Of a stretch of 64,000 nt of DNA, positions 22,418-35,479 are shown one piece after another; within the stretch, counting starts at the first letter, position 1; each line of letters opens with the position of its first letter. The notes under the pieces are model-generated. The model was not told where the DNA came from and did not search any database. It saw only the letters and a program-made list of their open reading frames with translations. The stretch is taken from assembly GCA_010909165.1 (NCBI GenBank), contig VJWM01000107.1, positions 434,001-498,000 on the forward strand, in the 5' to 3' direction. A program made the position numbers and the translations under genes. This stretch comes from Anthoceros angustus (Eukaryota > Plantae > Anthocerotophyta).

Positions 22418-22669
22418 TCCAACTCTAGTCATTCCGTTCACATCTATCAAAGTTTCTGAGCTACATGTCCAAGTTCTTTTAGAGCCATTTTTTTTTTAAT
22501 TCATGCTTGAATCTTCTGTCAGGTCTACTCATGAGGTGAGCCATCCCCTCCCCCTGTACCTGGGTGCTTGTTCAATCCTCAATTTTTTGCCGCTTGATTG
22601 AACGGAGGATGGTCTTCTGTCACAGTCATGACTGACAGCTGTATTCCGTCAATAGGAGGTTCATATTCT

Positions 22670-24770
22670 ATGCATCGTGTTGGGCTCCGGGCCCTGTGTC
22701 TTGTGGTCAGCATAGTTCTGACATGGCCCAGTGTCTGGGGCCTTTCCACTCAATTTTCGTTTTCTTCATTCCATGATGGGTCGCCTGACATAATATGCCT
22801 TGGGAATGCAACGATTGTGAATGGGGTAGTAGAGCTAACAGACCAGGGTAGGGCCGCACTTAGCACTGGCCGGGCTTTGTACAGCAAATCGGTGCAGTTG
22901 CTCGACCCCGCTTCAAATCAGACAGCTTCCTTCAGTACAGTCTTTACCTTTGCCATGTTGTTCCCACCCAATGCTACTATATTCCGGGAAGGTTTGGCCC
23001 TTGTCTTTGTTCCCGACAATGACAGTTTGGGGGACTCGGGAGCTCAGCTAGGAGTGTACGATAGTTCCGATGTGGTCTCATCCAGCCACACACTTGCTGT
23101 GATATTCGACACTTACACCACAGCTGGTGTGGACGACAACCATGTTGGCGTGACTGTGACCAACATCTCTTCCTTGTTCTCCATAGACTTGGGTGATGCT
23201 TCTATCAGCTTCCGCAATGGCTCTGTTATTACGGCATGGCTTGACTACGATGGCAGCAACAGTCACTTAGAGATTCGGTTGGGATATGATGCAGCTGAGA
23301 GGCCCACCAATGCGATCCTTTCCTGCATCCTTGAACTCTCGAGTGTGTTCAATCCTTTCATGTTTGTAGGATTTTCGGCCTCCGACATCAACTCAGGTGC
23401 TCGCCACATTATATCTTCCTGGAACTTCACAAGCTCGGGCATACAAGCAGCTCCCTCGTCTTCCCCTGGTATCATACGAACGAGCTTTGTGGCCGGATTT
23501 TCCATCTTGGTGGTTGTTTCCGTGTTGGCTTGTATTTCAGTCTTCTGGCTGCGGCAAAAGCAGAAGGCGATTTCCCTCTTCAGAAGAGCAGAGCTATACG
23601 AGCGAGAAGTGTTATACGGTCCTCGAAAATTCAGCTATAAGGAGTTGAGCAAAGCAACGATGGCGTTCAGTGACAAGGAAAAGGTTGGGTACGGCGGAAT
23701 GGGCAATGTGTACCGAGGGGTACTCCCAGACTGTGGCTATCTGGTTGCAGTGAAACGAATCCGGGAGGTCTGTAACATGGGACAGAGGGAAGTGCTAGCC
23801 CAGGTGGATTATCTGGGTCAAGTGCGGCATCGAAATCTGGTTCAGTTGCAAGGATGGTGTTACGATAAAGGAGAGCTCCTGCTAGTGTACGAGTTCATGC
23901 CGAATGGCAGCCTAGATAAGGTTCTGTTCGATCGCAAAGGGGACGTCTTGACCTGGATCCACCGCTTCAAGATCGTGTCAGGAGTGGCTGCAGGTTTGGA
24001 ACACCTGCACGAGGAGGTAACTAAAAGCCCATGAAAGGGAAAAGGTTTGAGCTTCCACAATCTATTTTCCAGTGAGCAGTGGCCTAAGTTTGCCTCTTTG
24101 TTGGATGACACAGATGGTGGTGCATCGTGATATCAAAGCCAGTAACGTGATGTTGGACAACACTTTCACGTCCAGACTGGGTGACTTCGGCATTGCCCAA
24201 GTAATACGGTACTACAATAACAGGCAGAACACCGTTGTTGCTGGCACGTTCGGATATCTGGCACCAGAGATCATTCAGACCGGAAAGGCCTCCGACAAGA
24301 CCGATGTGTTCAGCTTTGGGGCACTGACTCTGGAGGTGGCTTGTGGGCGTCGCGTTCTGGAAATGTCAGCACCAGCAGACAAATCAGTCCTGATAGACTG
24401 GGTGTGGGGAATGCATCTCAAAGGCTCCGTTCTGGAAGCAGCTGATCCTCGACTCAAGGGCACCTACGATGTTCAAGAAATGACCATTCTGCTGCACCTG
24501 GGCCTGTTGTGCACTCAGTCCAACCCCTCCCGCCGGCCATCCATGAAACTAGTAGGGGAGATTTTATCCGGCCAGGCACCTCTCCCCACAGTTCCAACCT
24601 TCAAGGCAGAGGCAGGCGACGTCCCCGTCTCTGGAGAGACCATCGCAGACCTCATTCGTGAAGGCCCCGCAACTGGCTACAGTCCTGACGTGGTTTTGAA
24701 CATGTCTCCCTCAGGACGCGGCCCCTGCGGAGACAAGACTGTGGAGGTCTTCGAAAACGTTCTCATCTGA
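22670..24770 (+). CDS. L-type lectin receptor-like kinase (LecRK); one intron at 24017-24113
   Basis: Signal peptide, legume-lectin domain (GRALY, GLALVF, DNHVG, WLDYDG), TM helix, kinase with VAVK, HRDIKASN, DFG and GYLAPE. Confidence 0.9.
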
Positions 24771-25275
24771 TGTGCAGCTTCCTTCAGGCCAACTACAGGT
24801 AGGTGAGGAGGACAATGCAGACGACACTCTGCCACAACAGCTCTCAACCTACATATATGTAGGATAGGCAAACAATATTCTAAGCTCCTAGAAATCTCTG
24901 ATATACATACAACAAGAAACCCCTGTCGCTACAAAAATAGTTTTGAGCCCTGTCTGCTGCGCACTAGGCAGTATCCTCCACGATGTTGCTCCGGGAAGAG
25001 ACAGGGCTCATGAATCAATTCAGTACGAATATGTTTAGCATAATGGTGGACCTTTGTCTGGGCCTGCAAGCAGCAGCAGCAGCAGAGAAAACAAGCATAA
25101 GCTACAGACACGCATGGAAGAGCGAAACCATAACTACCGCTGAAGAAGAAGCTGAGAAAACTGAAGAAGCTTACCGAAATCTGTACAGCACAGGTGGAGG
25201 CAGGAAGAAGGTGGCGAGGTCTGGAAGCTCGCTCGCTCGCTCACTCACTCGAAGAGACACGAGTGAGAGCGCGCG

Positions 25276-27626
25276 TCAGTCCTCCAGGGGAAGAGTGTGG
25301 CCGGAGAAGGAACTGGACAAGGAAGCGGACTGCGAGAAGTCGAGCTGGGCGATGATGTCCTGCATGGTGACGGGCGGGTGCAGCATTGCAGAGTACTGTG
25401 GCGTGGGCTTGGAGCTGGGCAGCGCCGGCAGCGACGCGTCCCCGGCCAGCACCTGCAGCACCTGCCGCATGGATGGCCTTTGCACGGGATCAGGGTGCGA
25501 GCAGGCCAGCCCGACCTGCAACAGCGTCGTCATCTCCACAGGATCGAAGCTCCCCTGCAGCCTCAAGTCCGCGGCCTCCAGCAACCTCCCCTGCTTGTTG
25601 AGCGCCCAAACCCAATCCACCAGCACCACCTCCGCCACAGGATACTCCCTCTCCACAGGCCGCCTCCCGCACGCCACCTCCAGCGCCACAGCCCCGAAGC
25701 TGAACACATCCGTCTTGTCCGTGGCCTTCCCGGTGTGCGTCGACTCGGGGGCCAGGTACCCGAACGTCCCCACAATCACCGTCGTCTCGGGCTGCCGGGA
25801 GTGCTCGCTCGCCCGCGCCAGCCCGAAATCCCCCAGCCTCGCATTGAACCCCCCGTCCAGCATCACATTGCTGGCCTTCACGTCCCGGTGCACCACGCGC
25901 TGATCCCACCCCTCGTGGAGGTACGCCAGCGCCGCCGCCACGCCACTCACGATCCGGTACCTCCTCTCCCAGCTCAACACGAAGCTGCCGCCGCAAGAAG
26001 GCCCGGGCCCTGCTGCCCCGCTGCCCCTGCCACCGGCGGCGGGCGCTTGCTCTCCCGCCGCCGCCACGTCCAGAGCAGGCCCTCCCTGGCGGCGCCGCCG
26101 GCGGAGGAGGAGCCCCCGGAGTCGCTGCTGGAGTGGCCCCGCGCGTTGGAGCCCAGGTCGGAGAAGAGCAGCTTGTCCAGGCTCCCGTTGGGCATGTAGT
26201 CGTAGACGAGCAGGAGCTGGCCCTTGGCGCTGCACCAGCCGCGGAGGGGCACCAGGTTGCGGTGCCGGAGCCGGGAGATGATGGAGAGCTCGGCGGTGAA
26301 CTCCCGCCTTCCCGTCCGGTTTGCCGCGGAAATCCGCTTCACTGCCACCACGGTCCCGCAGTCCGGGAGCACGCCCATGTACACCGTCCCGGATCCCCCC
26401 GATCCCAGAAGCTTCCTCGCGCTGAAGTTCTTGGTGGCCAGGCTCAGCTCCTTGAGGCTGAACTTCCGCGGCCCGTTCACCATCTCCGAGTCCGAATTCT
26501 GCCCAGCGGCAGCCCCCGCCTCCTTCGCCCTCCGCCGGAACAAGAGCAGGAAGCAGATTCCCAAAGCCGTCGCCAGCACTGCTCCGAGCGAGGACGAGAA
26601 GGCCACCACGAACGGCTTCCTGCAGAGGAAGGATCCGCAGCCTGAGCTGCTCCTTCCCGATCCTCCGATCCCAGGCCCGGGGGCGGAAGCTGGGGAGATG
26701 GATATGCTGTCGGGAGGGATTTGGTGCCCTGGAGGAAGGGTGGCTGTGAGAGGGGATTGTGCTGGGACCGGGAGTGGGCCTGGGGCGGGGTAATCCGGGA
26801 GGCCGGAGGAGGAGAAGGTCCAGGAGAAGATGGTGTGGATTTCGATCAGGCCTCCGGTTGCGGCCGCGAATCCCACATACATGAACTCGTTGAGGAAGAG
26901 GGAGAGGTCGAGCGGGAGGGAGAGGATCGGGGAGGATGGCTTCACGGGGGGGACGGAGTTGTTGATGCTCACTTGGAGGCTCTTGGCGTTGCCGTCGTAG
27001 TCCACCCACACCTTGATGTTGTTCCCGTTGAGGAGCCCCATCCCGATGGCCGACATGTTGGCTGTGGCGATGGAGCGCATGTCGTTGAGGTCGATCCCGA
27101 CGTGGTTCCCGTCCGGGTCGAAGATGGGACCCCCGTTCTGGAACGTGTCCAGCTCCACCGCCAGCGTCCTGCTCCCGGGCTGCCCGTCCGAGGTGGAGTT
27201 GAGCACGCCCAGCCAGCCCCCGTAGCTCCCGAGCGTGCTGTTATCGGGCACCAGCACGAACGCCAGCCCGTCCCCGTGCACCTCGCTGGTGTTGGTGATC
27301 CGGAACTCGAAGCTGGTGTGGAAGGAGGCCACCCGGCCCGACGCCCGGTCGAACACCCGCACCGGGTCCCTGTACAGCGCCCGCCCCACCGAGCTCTCCA
27401 GCTGCCGGATCACCGAGTCCTGCGTCAGCTCCAGGTTCTTGTCCCCGTTGATGAACGCGTCCCCGAGCAGCACCAGGTCCGCGGACGAGAACTCCGACGC
27501 CCCAATTCCGAAGCTCACATTCTGCCCCTCTCCCTTCCCCACCCACAACCAGAGCAGCAGCATCCACACAACCCACAAACCCCATCCCCATCCCTCCTGC
27601 ACGGCCCCTGCATTCCCCGCCCCCAT
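25276..27626 (-). CDS. L-type lectin receptor-like kinase with a low-complexity kinase insert and an apparent frameshift near 25990-26160 (possible pseudogene or assembly error)
   Basis: ORF 25974-27626 gives signal peptide, lectin domain, TM and kinase N-lobe. The C-lobe ([25 protein letters not shown]) is in a different frame (ORF 25276-27009). Confidence 0.85.
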
Positions 27627-29826
27627 CCTTCCTCAACTCCTCAACGCCCCCATGCCCTGACCGGAAACTCGATTCCGAGACGCGAATCCTGCTCCTCCCT
27701 ACCCCCGCCCGCTCAGAAGCAACCCTCGTGGCCGCACAGGCACCGAGAGGGAAGAAGACCGCGCAGAACGGGGAGAACTTTCCAACCTTCCTTCCTTCCT
27801 TCCTGCCGCGGTCACTGACACAATTTCAAATTCCGGGACGCTCCCCGCCTTCCTTCCCTTTCCCGGCCATTCCGCAGCGGCGCGTGCGGGCGAGGAGCGT
27901 GGTCATCCTCCCGCCGCGGCGCCATCCATTCGCGAGCAGGGCTTTTGGGACGCGAGCAGAGAGCAGAGAGCAGAGAGCAGATCGAGGCCGACGGGGAGGA
28001 GAGGCTGGCGCGATCAGCGGCAGGTGGCGACCTGATCTTTCTCCAACCTCCAGGGCCTTCTTCGTTTCGGGCGTGCGGGCAGCAGTGAAGGGGTCTGACA
28101 AATGGCGTGGAGCATGGGCGTGTGACGGGACCAGTTGCTCAGTTGCTGTCGCGTCGCCAACGTTCCATGGTGCCGTTGCCGGGACAGCGCGCCGGGGCCC
28201 GCCGCACGGCTAAACTGGCGAATCTAATTCCCGGTTTAATGCGCATCGTACCCTCTTAATCCGGGCAGCTATCCGGGCGCGTCCGGCGCCCGCCCATTAT
28301 GCTAAATCGGAGGCCATACGTGTGCACCCACGGAGCATGTGCGGCGCCACCTGGAGTTCCCAGCGGAATGCAATGCCGTTGGGCGCGAGAGTGCCGTTGC
28401 TTGGGACTTTTGGCTCTTCGGTCGCGGACACGGAACACCTAATATAATAAGCTTGCGCTCGAGCTTTCGACATTTATAGCGCGGATGGCGGTCAAAGTGC
28501 CATGTTTTGAACTAGGAGGGATCCACCAGAAAGTTTCATCTTTTTTTTCCCCTTGTTTTTTGGCCAAGCTGGGCTCCAGCTCAGCCATGTGCATGAGCTG
28601 GAGATACACCTTGGCCTATCTATGGCTTCTCATAGACTTCTTCTTCTTCTTCTTCTATTTATGCTTTACATGACCCAATAGGACTTGCACCATTCCCCAA
28701 TGATCCACCCACAAACCCTTCCTAACTCGCTGGAGTTCCAACTCCTCTCCAGTAGATTGGCCATCTGGGCTCCAGGCCGCCACGTGATTGGATCCAATTA
28801 GCTCGGTGCGGCTAGCTGGAGATCCTGCTTGGTGGATTTGGCAGACCTGATTGTCCAATCAAGTTTAGTGATCGATCAGATCGATCTTCGCAGCAAGCAA
28901 TTAGAGAGTCGCAGGCTAGTGTGAGCAGTGTGAAAACGTTTAGATAAGCTGCAGGCTGTCGACGTATGTAGAAACGGAGGGTCATGACCGATGTTGAGCA
29001 ATTATGTATCTTCAAGAGACTCCTCGTACCTGTGCTTAAAGAAGCAGTACCATTGTACATTTCACAATCCACAAAAAAGAGATTCTAAGTCACAGACCTT
29101 CATGTTCCTCATTTCCTCACATGGTATTAGACTGTCGAAATGATCCATGACCACATAAGCTTGTGATGCCTTGACGTAACCATTTTTGTAAACAAACGCA
29201 TTATAACTTCTCAGCACATATCAACAAATTTAAAATGCAGAAAACACATTTGCATAAACAACTCGTCTATCTACGACCTATCTACGAGTTGACCTAAATT
29301 ACAAAAACTTGTGCAAATTACAGCAAGCTCCACAAATTACAACAACCCATGCAAATTTCAGCAGTCTGCAGTTAGGGATCATGAACACACATTTAGAATT
29401 AAGAAGGTATATCAACTACGTGGGTGTCATCGTCAAAAGCATCATAAATAGGCTGGACCTTTTGAGTTTTCCTTTCCTTCTACCCTTCTAGGATGACATC
29501 TTCAAGTCTTCCTGTAACACAAGCAAGAAGCTATTATATAGAAAAACTACCTCGCCTACATTATGCTACATGGTCAAGAAGGGTGGAACCTCTTCTCAAA
29601 ACGATAAGACATCACAATGTCAAGTGCAACATATTAGCGGCAAAAAATTGCTTACTTCTTGACAACTTTTTCCGCCTTTGCTACAAGTTTCATACTCTTA
29701 GATCATTAGCTACTTGACTCCGGAGAAAATCCAGGGCATGAATTCTCTCCAAATTTGGGTAAGGAGATTGCACACCCTCCAAAATTTTCTGTTTTTTAGC
29801 AAACCTAGGTTTCATATATAAAGTCT

Positions 29827-30110
29827 ATGGCGTGGATTATCTTCTGGACTTCGGAGCCAGAGCACAGGACTTTTTTAAGTCCTATGCCAAAGCTTACCAT
29901 GTGCGCAGGCACAGTGCAGGGTTGTCCCTCTCAGACTTCACAACATACTTCCGACAGCGGGTTTCAGTTGTCCTTCAACGGGCGCTCTCAATGGCGATCC
30001 TCCACAAGGCTACGACAATAGGTGATGCATCTTCCTCTACCTCCGTGGTTTGCAGGCCGTTTATTCTTCCTGCATATGACATTGTGGGTGCAGTAGGTGA
30101 CTTTAGATAG
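29827..30110 (+). mobile_element. 5'-truncated 3' end of an RLE-type (CRE/NeSL/R2-like) non-LTR retrotransposon
   Basis: FRQRVSVVLQRALSMAIL matches the C-terminus of restriction-like endonuclease LINEs and resembles 37060-37330. Confidence 0.7.
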
Positions 30111-32419
30111 GGAGCTCAGTTGCTCCTCTCCACCTCGACCCCCGGGTCCCCTTTGATTGTCAAGCCCATGCCAGCTGGACCCCTAGCTGGCCGAGGTGGA
30201 GCTAGGGTTCCAGCTCAGTACACGAGCTGAGTCACTAGCTTTCCCATCGATACCCGATGGCCATTAAGGCTGCGGGTATGACCTATAAGGCCACGTCATC
30301 ACGGAGCACAACCTCTTTCGGGTTGTAGGATGGGACATCCATCCCTCGTCAATCGTGTGCGCTTGACCCCGCACCATTCCTAACCATACGATCCTCGTTC
30401 CCTAGATGCTTCATGTTGCAAGGACTTCAAGAAGTCCCTCAAAATCTGCGTGTCTTCAAAGGACATGGGTGGATGATGTGCGACTGTTGCTGCTTACAAA
30501 CAGGCTTGGAAAGCTTGCCCCACGTCGCTACTGCTGCTGACTCAAGCCCGAGTTCCTGCACAGGCTGTCTCTTTGCCCGTTACAGGCTGCTTCGAAATCG
30601 TTGCATTAAGAGAAACTGTGGCTAACCCAACTGAAGTCCACAATTGAAGACACTATAGTGGTCGTTTCACAAGTTTGGAAGTCAGACTAGTGGCCTGTTT
30701 CAATTGAACACTATAGTTTCCAAGTCCACATTTGAAGGCCACTACTGTATTTGCGATGTAAGGTGTCAAGGTTTACAATGCCTGCTACAAGTGAAAATTA
30801 TTATTGTTTTTATTTATAAAATACCAATTCTAAATTGATAACCCATATTTACAGTCAAATCCATGACATGAGAGATATTATAACAATTATTTTTAAAAAT
30901 AATTTCATCATCAAGAAAGTGAATGTAAAACAGCAGATAATATTTACAACAACCGCTAGAGTAGAGAGGTGGGGGCAAACTTACCGAGCCGAAGCTTGGT
31001 AATTAGCTTGATGGAGAATTAACCAAAGAAAAGATTGCACCTTAATTAGGTAGCGGCCTATTATATGCCAAAAAGCTTGAGATGTTGTTCTCCATCGCAG
31101 AAGAGAGCCTGCAAAATATCAAAGCCTATTAAGCTTCATAGCCGGGTGATCACTCGAAGAGCTAGAGATGTACCCATCTTGACACAAAAATTGTGCAGAG
31201 GAAGATTAAGTGAACCTCATGTCCAATCTCAATCTGACAAGCACAAAACCTTCAAGCAGGATGGGTTTGCAACTATGCCTACCGCACTTAAGCCAAGAGT
31301 ATTTTCTGCAAGGACACCAAGATTAACAGCGTCTAGTGGTAGAATTGATCAATTTTCGTTATTGTGTGCAAGTTTAAATTGGTACGTTAGAGATTGAAAT
31401 GTCAAAAGAGAATTTTCTATGGGTGGGATCCATGGAGGCTGCAAGGCATTGAAACACCACTTAGGAGCAGTGCAATTATATGTCTTCTAGAAAACTAACT
31501 TCAAATCTAAATTTGAGTCGACCATCCATTTGAAAAAGAACAATATGTATCCTTGTGGATTTTCTTTGGTGACCCTGGAGAATGTCTCCAATTAAATTTT
31601 GGCACAATTGATCCACAAGTCAATGTGACCATGAATAAAGCCATTGCATGACAAACAAAACCCCTTGCGGAGATCTAATATCCGCACCACCTCAGATACC
31701 TACAGGGTGACACCTGGAGATGATTGCCCATAATACACAAATTGGGGATGATTGTCTATAATTAGTAACTACGTGCCACAATCCTTTATGATTAGTGACA
31801 CTATCCCGCATTCTCGAATATATATATTTCTAGTCAACTCATGAATACTAAAGAAGTTCTTTGTAATTATATATATACGTTATTTATTTTTCATATTTAA
31901 ATTATATCTTATCATCATATTTTAATGAAGTAAAACTTTAATCAAAATGTGATTTAGGTTACAGAGAAGGTTGAAGATGTACTCAAATACTTAATTTTGA
32001 GAAACTGAATTTCTGTATAGAATACTAATTTAGTTGTAATATTTTCACTCTTTAGCATTTAGAAGCCACCTGGATATAAGAATTTTGTGTTGGAAAAAAA
32101 TTGACTTTTTAGTACAGCCCTGTGACTCAAAAATAGCTTTCTAACTAACCTCTTTTTCTGCACTGTTGCTAAAACTTGTCCTTTCTCAGCATATATGTTA
32201 ATTTCTCCGACACATTTTTGTTATAAAAAATACTTCTCTATCTTCTCATAAGATTTTAGAATCTTGTTTTATTAGCAACATGTACCATCTGTATTCCAGC
32301 TTTGAGGAAGTTGTCCTAAATAAAATGTATTTCCCTATACATGCATGTGCATTGCTAGAGTTAAATAAAAAATAAAGAAAAATCATAAAATACAAAACTA
32401 TGATAATATAAACAAGAAT

Positions 32420-32947
32420 TTATACCATTCCTAGTTGTTGTTTAATAGTCTTCTCAAGACAATTTGGATTTGTTGTAGGAGCATAACGAGCAATGACGTG
32501 ACCATTTGTGTCTACCAAGAACTTGGTGAAGTTCCACTTAATATAGTTCCCTAACCAAGATGATCCATTTCCTGATTTTAAAAATTTGTAAAGGGGAGCA
32601 GTATTAGGTCCATTCACTTCAATTTTACCAAAGACCGGATATTGAGCCTTAAATTTTGTGCAAATCAAACTTGCAGTTTCTTCATTTGATGACGGAGAAC
32701 CACTAGCAAATTGATTAGTTGGAAATGCAAGAATTTCTAAACCTAAAATCTTAAATTTATCATAAATTGCAGCTAATCCTTTGTAATTAGAATCAGCTAA
32801 GCCACATTGAGCAGCCACATTAACTACTAGTATTAATTTTCCCCTATATATATTAAGATCAACATTATTTCCTTGATTATCAACTACGGTATAGTCATAC
32901 ATAGTGGGTGGCGGCCCTGTGCCTATTGAGGACTCACAACCACCCAT
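32420..32947 (-). CDS. GPX: Glutathione peroxidase family protein (Cys-type, phospholipid-hydroperoxide-like), intronless
   Basis: VVNVAAQCGL, LEILAFPTNQF, KIEVNG..TAPLYKFLK and IKWNFTKFLVD motifs; N-terminal MGGCES. Confidence 0.92.
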   Translation of the reverse strand: MGGCESSIGTGPPPTMYDYTVVDNQGNNVDLNIYRGKLILVVNVAAQCGLADSNYKGLAAIYDKFKILGLEILAFPTNQFASGSPSSNEETASLICTKFKAQYPVFGKIEVNGPNTAPLYKFLKSGNGSSWLGNYIKWNFTKFLVDTNGHVIARYAPTTNPNCLEKTIKQQLGMV

Positions 32948-35479
32948 AAGTTCAAATTCAAAATCCTTTTTGGTTAATGTTTTATATGCTACAATAAGTA
33001 AATCAGAAGTACATGATCACCCCCTTCAAATTACAAATGGATAATTGAGATAATTCTTTGATTAATAATTAGAATAAATTTGAAAAAAAATTAAAATAAT
33101 GAACACAATTGCATCTCCCTAGTTTAAAATATTAAATATATCATTATTTAAAACTTTAATAATATACCTGTGTGAGAAACATTAGGTTCATATTTGGTAT
33201 TTGTTGATTTAGCATCAATTTTTCAATGCCTGTTTAGAGAGAATGCTAGCTTTGAAGCAGCTAAGCAGAGAAATAGAAGTGATCATTTTAAGTGAAACTG
33301 TTTATTACGTTATTTTCTTTAATTTATTTTTGATTTAAGTAAAACTGTCCACTTCTTTATTTACCTTTACTTTATTATTATTTTAAGTGAAACGGTCTGT
33401 TACTTTACTTATTTTTTACATGTTGTGCTACTTGCCCAAGCTTTGGGCTTTTTTAGTGATTTCATACTTGATGTGTATTTAAAAGCTTAGCATAAATAAT
33501 GAGCGGAAAAGTAGTGGGATCGGAATGAAGAGAGAAAGTACTGCTTTTATAGAGCTCTTCCGGGCATGCAACACTCTTACAGCCCTTCTATTGAATCTTA
33601 AATTTTCTTACTTTTTAATTTTTTTTAATTTTTATTTTTGAAATCAATCATGAAAATTCAATTGGGACACCTCTCTAAATGGGACCTCTAGAGCCGTTCG
33701 CCAATAGTTTCAATTAGGGAGGGTGGACGGTAGTTATGAAGAGGATTATTACCCAAAATAAGTCTTCTTAAGAGTAGTGACGGCTCTTGGACAGTACTTT
33801 CTGTGGTGTAAAAAAAATAGCATAAATTATATGAAAACCCTCTAAATCCACGGTTTCATGGCCAAAATTGCACACGCCAATGCAGCTTAATGGATAGTTT
33901 GATTTGGGCATGAGACGGTTTGTTGGAATCGCCACAACTCGGGCTATCTTGTCCTAATTTTCCATTATTTAAGTTGTTCACACGACAGAGAAATCTAGCC
34001 AAAACCACTCGTGCACATGTGCTGGAAGCAACTGAATTTAAAAACAGGAATTATGCATGTTGCTTGCAACATTTATGGTATGGGAATTAGCTTATGCATA
34101 GGTTGTCCGGTGGATTAACGGCGCTTGCCACTACTAGTAGCAAATGGGTTTTTATATTTTGTTAACGAACAACGTTCTTTTCTAACTCTTCATTAAGTAA
34201 TATCTTCTTGGGACTTGTGACCATGACCCATGAAGACTATTCATTTCTCGTGTGTATTTTGAAAGTCATTTTACTTATTCACACAAGGATGCTCATATAT
34301 ATGAAAAAAGGCTTGTCTTTATAATGTATGAATCATGCTTAGTGCGGTGTGTGGAGTGGGAGGAGGAGCACGAGGGTGTGCGGAGCGGGAGAAGAGCGAT
34401 CTGTAGGAGTAGGAGTGCAGTGCGGGAGGAGCGAGTCTGTGGCTCGCCGCCGGGCGCGGTGCCCAATTGGGCAGCGGCGGTTGAGGCGCGCGCGGTAATC
34501 GCCTCGGTTTGGTGGTGTGGCGGGGCGTGATTAGGAGGGGCTGCCTTCCTTGCCCCTATCCCCGCAGCCCTGCCCGGGCGTGGCGTGGCATGGAGGCCCG
34601 GTCCTTGGCGGGCGCCAGCTCTACGGCCGGCCTAGGGGCGCAATGGGGCTAAGTTTTAGCGCGGCGAGGCCCAATTTTGGCGTGGGGGGGCGAGAGGGGG
34701 GGCAGTTCAACGCGGCGAGGCCCGATTTTGGCGCTCCGTGAAGGCAGGGCCTGGGTTTAGGGTTTTGGCCCCAAATGACCTCCAAACTTTGGGGCGCCAC
34801 CGCTGTTTCATGGAGCACCGCCGGACCCGCCTACGGGCTCGAGGTGGCTCATCTTCGGCTTCCTAGCGTGCCTGCTGACGGGCCGCGGGCGGACGGGTGG
34901 TGTGGGATTGATGTACGATATGTTCGGCTGTGCCCCAGGATTTTAGGGTTTCTACAAGGAGTAGCGGGTGCGGGCGTTTGTGCGATGGGTTGTCGGGGGT
35001 TCCGGTGGGTTGTGAGCTCTCTGGGCGGGGGCCTTTGGCCAGCCTATTGGGGCTCCCCGTATGGAGTGCACGCTCCGTATGTCCGGCAAAGGCCGGGGAC
35101 GTTTTTGTCCCCAGCCCCCGGTGTCTCCTCGACCCTAACACCCCAGGGTAGTCGTTCGCAGGTTGATCCTTGCTTTCTGTTCTGCTACCTGTCCTGTGCA
35201 CCTTTGGTTCTAGCTTCTATTGGTTGTTTCTTTTTGCGCTCTCCTCAATTGTGCAGTCCACCCCTCCTGTGACCGTCAAGGACACTCCCTGTCCGGTCTG
35301 CACTTAGCTTTGCTGTGGGGTTAAGGGGGTGAAATGTCACATTGGGCACAAGCACAAGGACTTCGATTGTACAACGTGGGAGGCTTAGGTGAGGCTTGCT
35401 TCTTCCTGGGTAGGGTTGTGGAATACGCCAAGGCTACCCGTGCCCTTCCCCCGGAGCCGGTGGTGCCAGCCTTCAAGGA

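Noticed and set aside
34128-34145. CACTACTAG as a possible CACTA transposon terminus
   Set aside because: No matching inverted terminus, subterminal repeats or transposase found.
34752-34766. AAACCCTAAACCC on the minus strand, resembling a telomerase RNA template or telo-box in a window that contains TERT
   Set aside because: No upstream USE/TATA type-3 promoter and no recognisable plant TR flanking motifs; it lies in a GC-rich TE-associated block.
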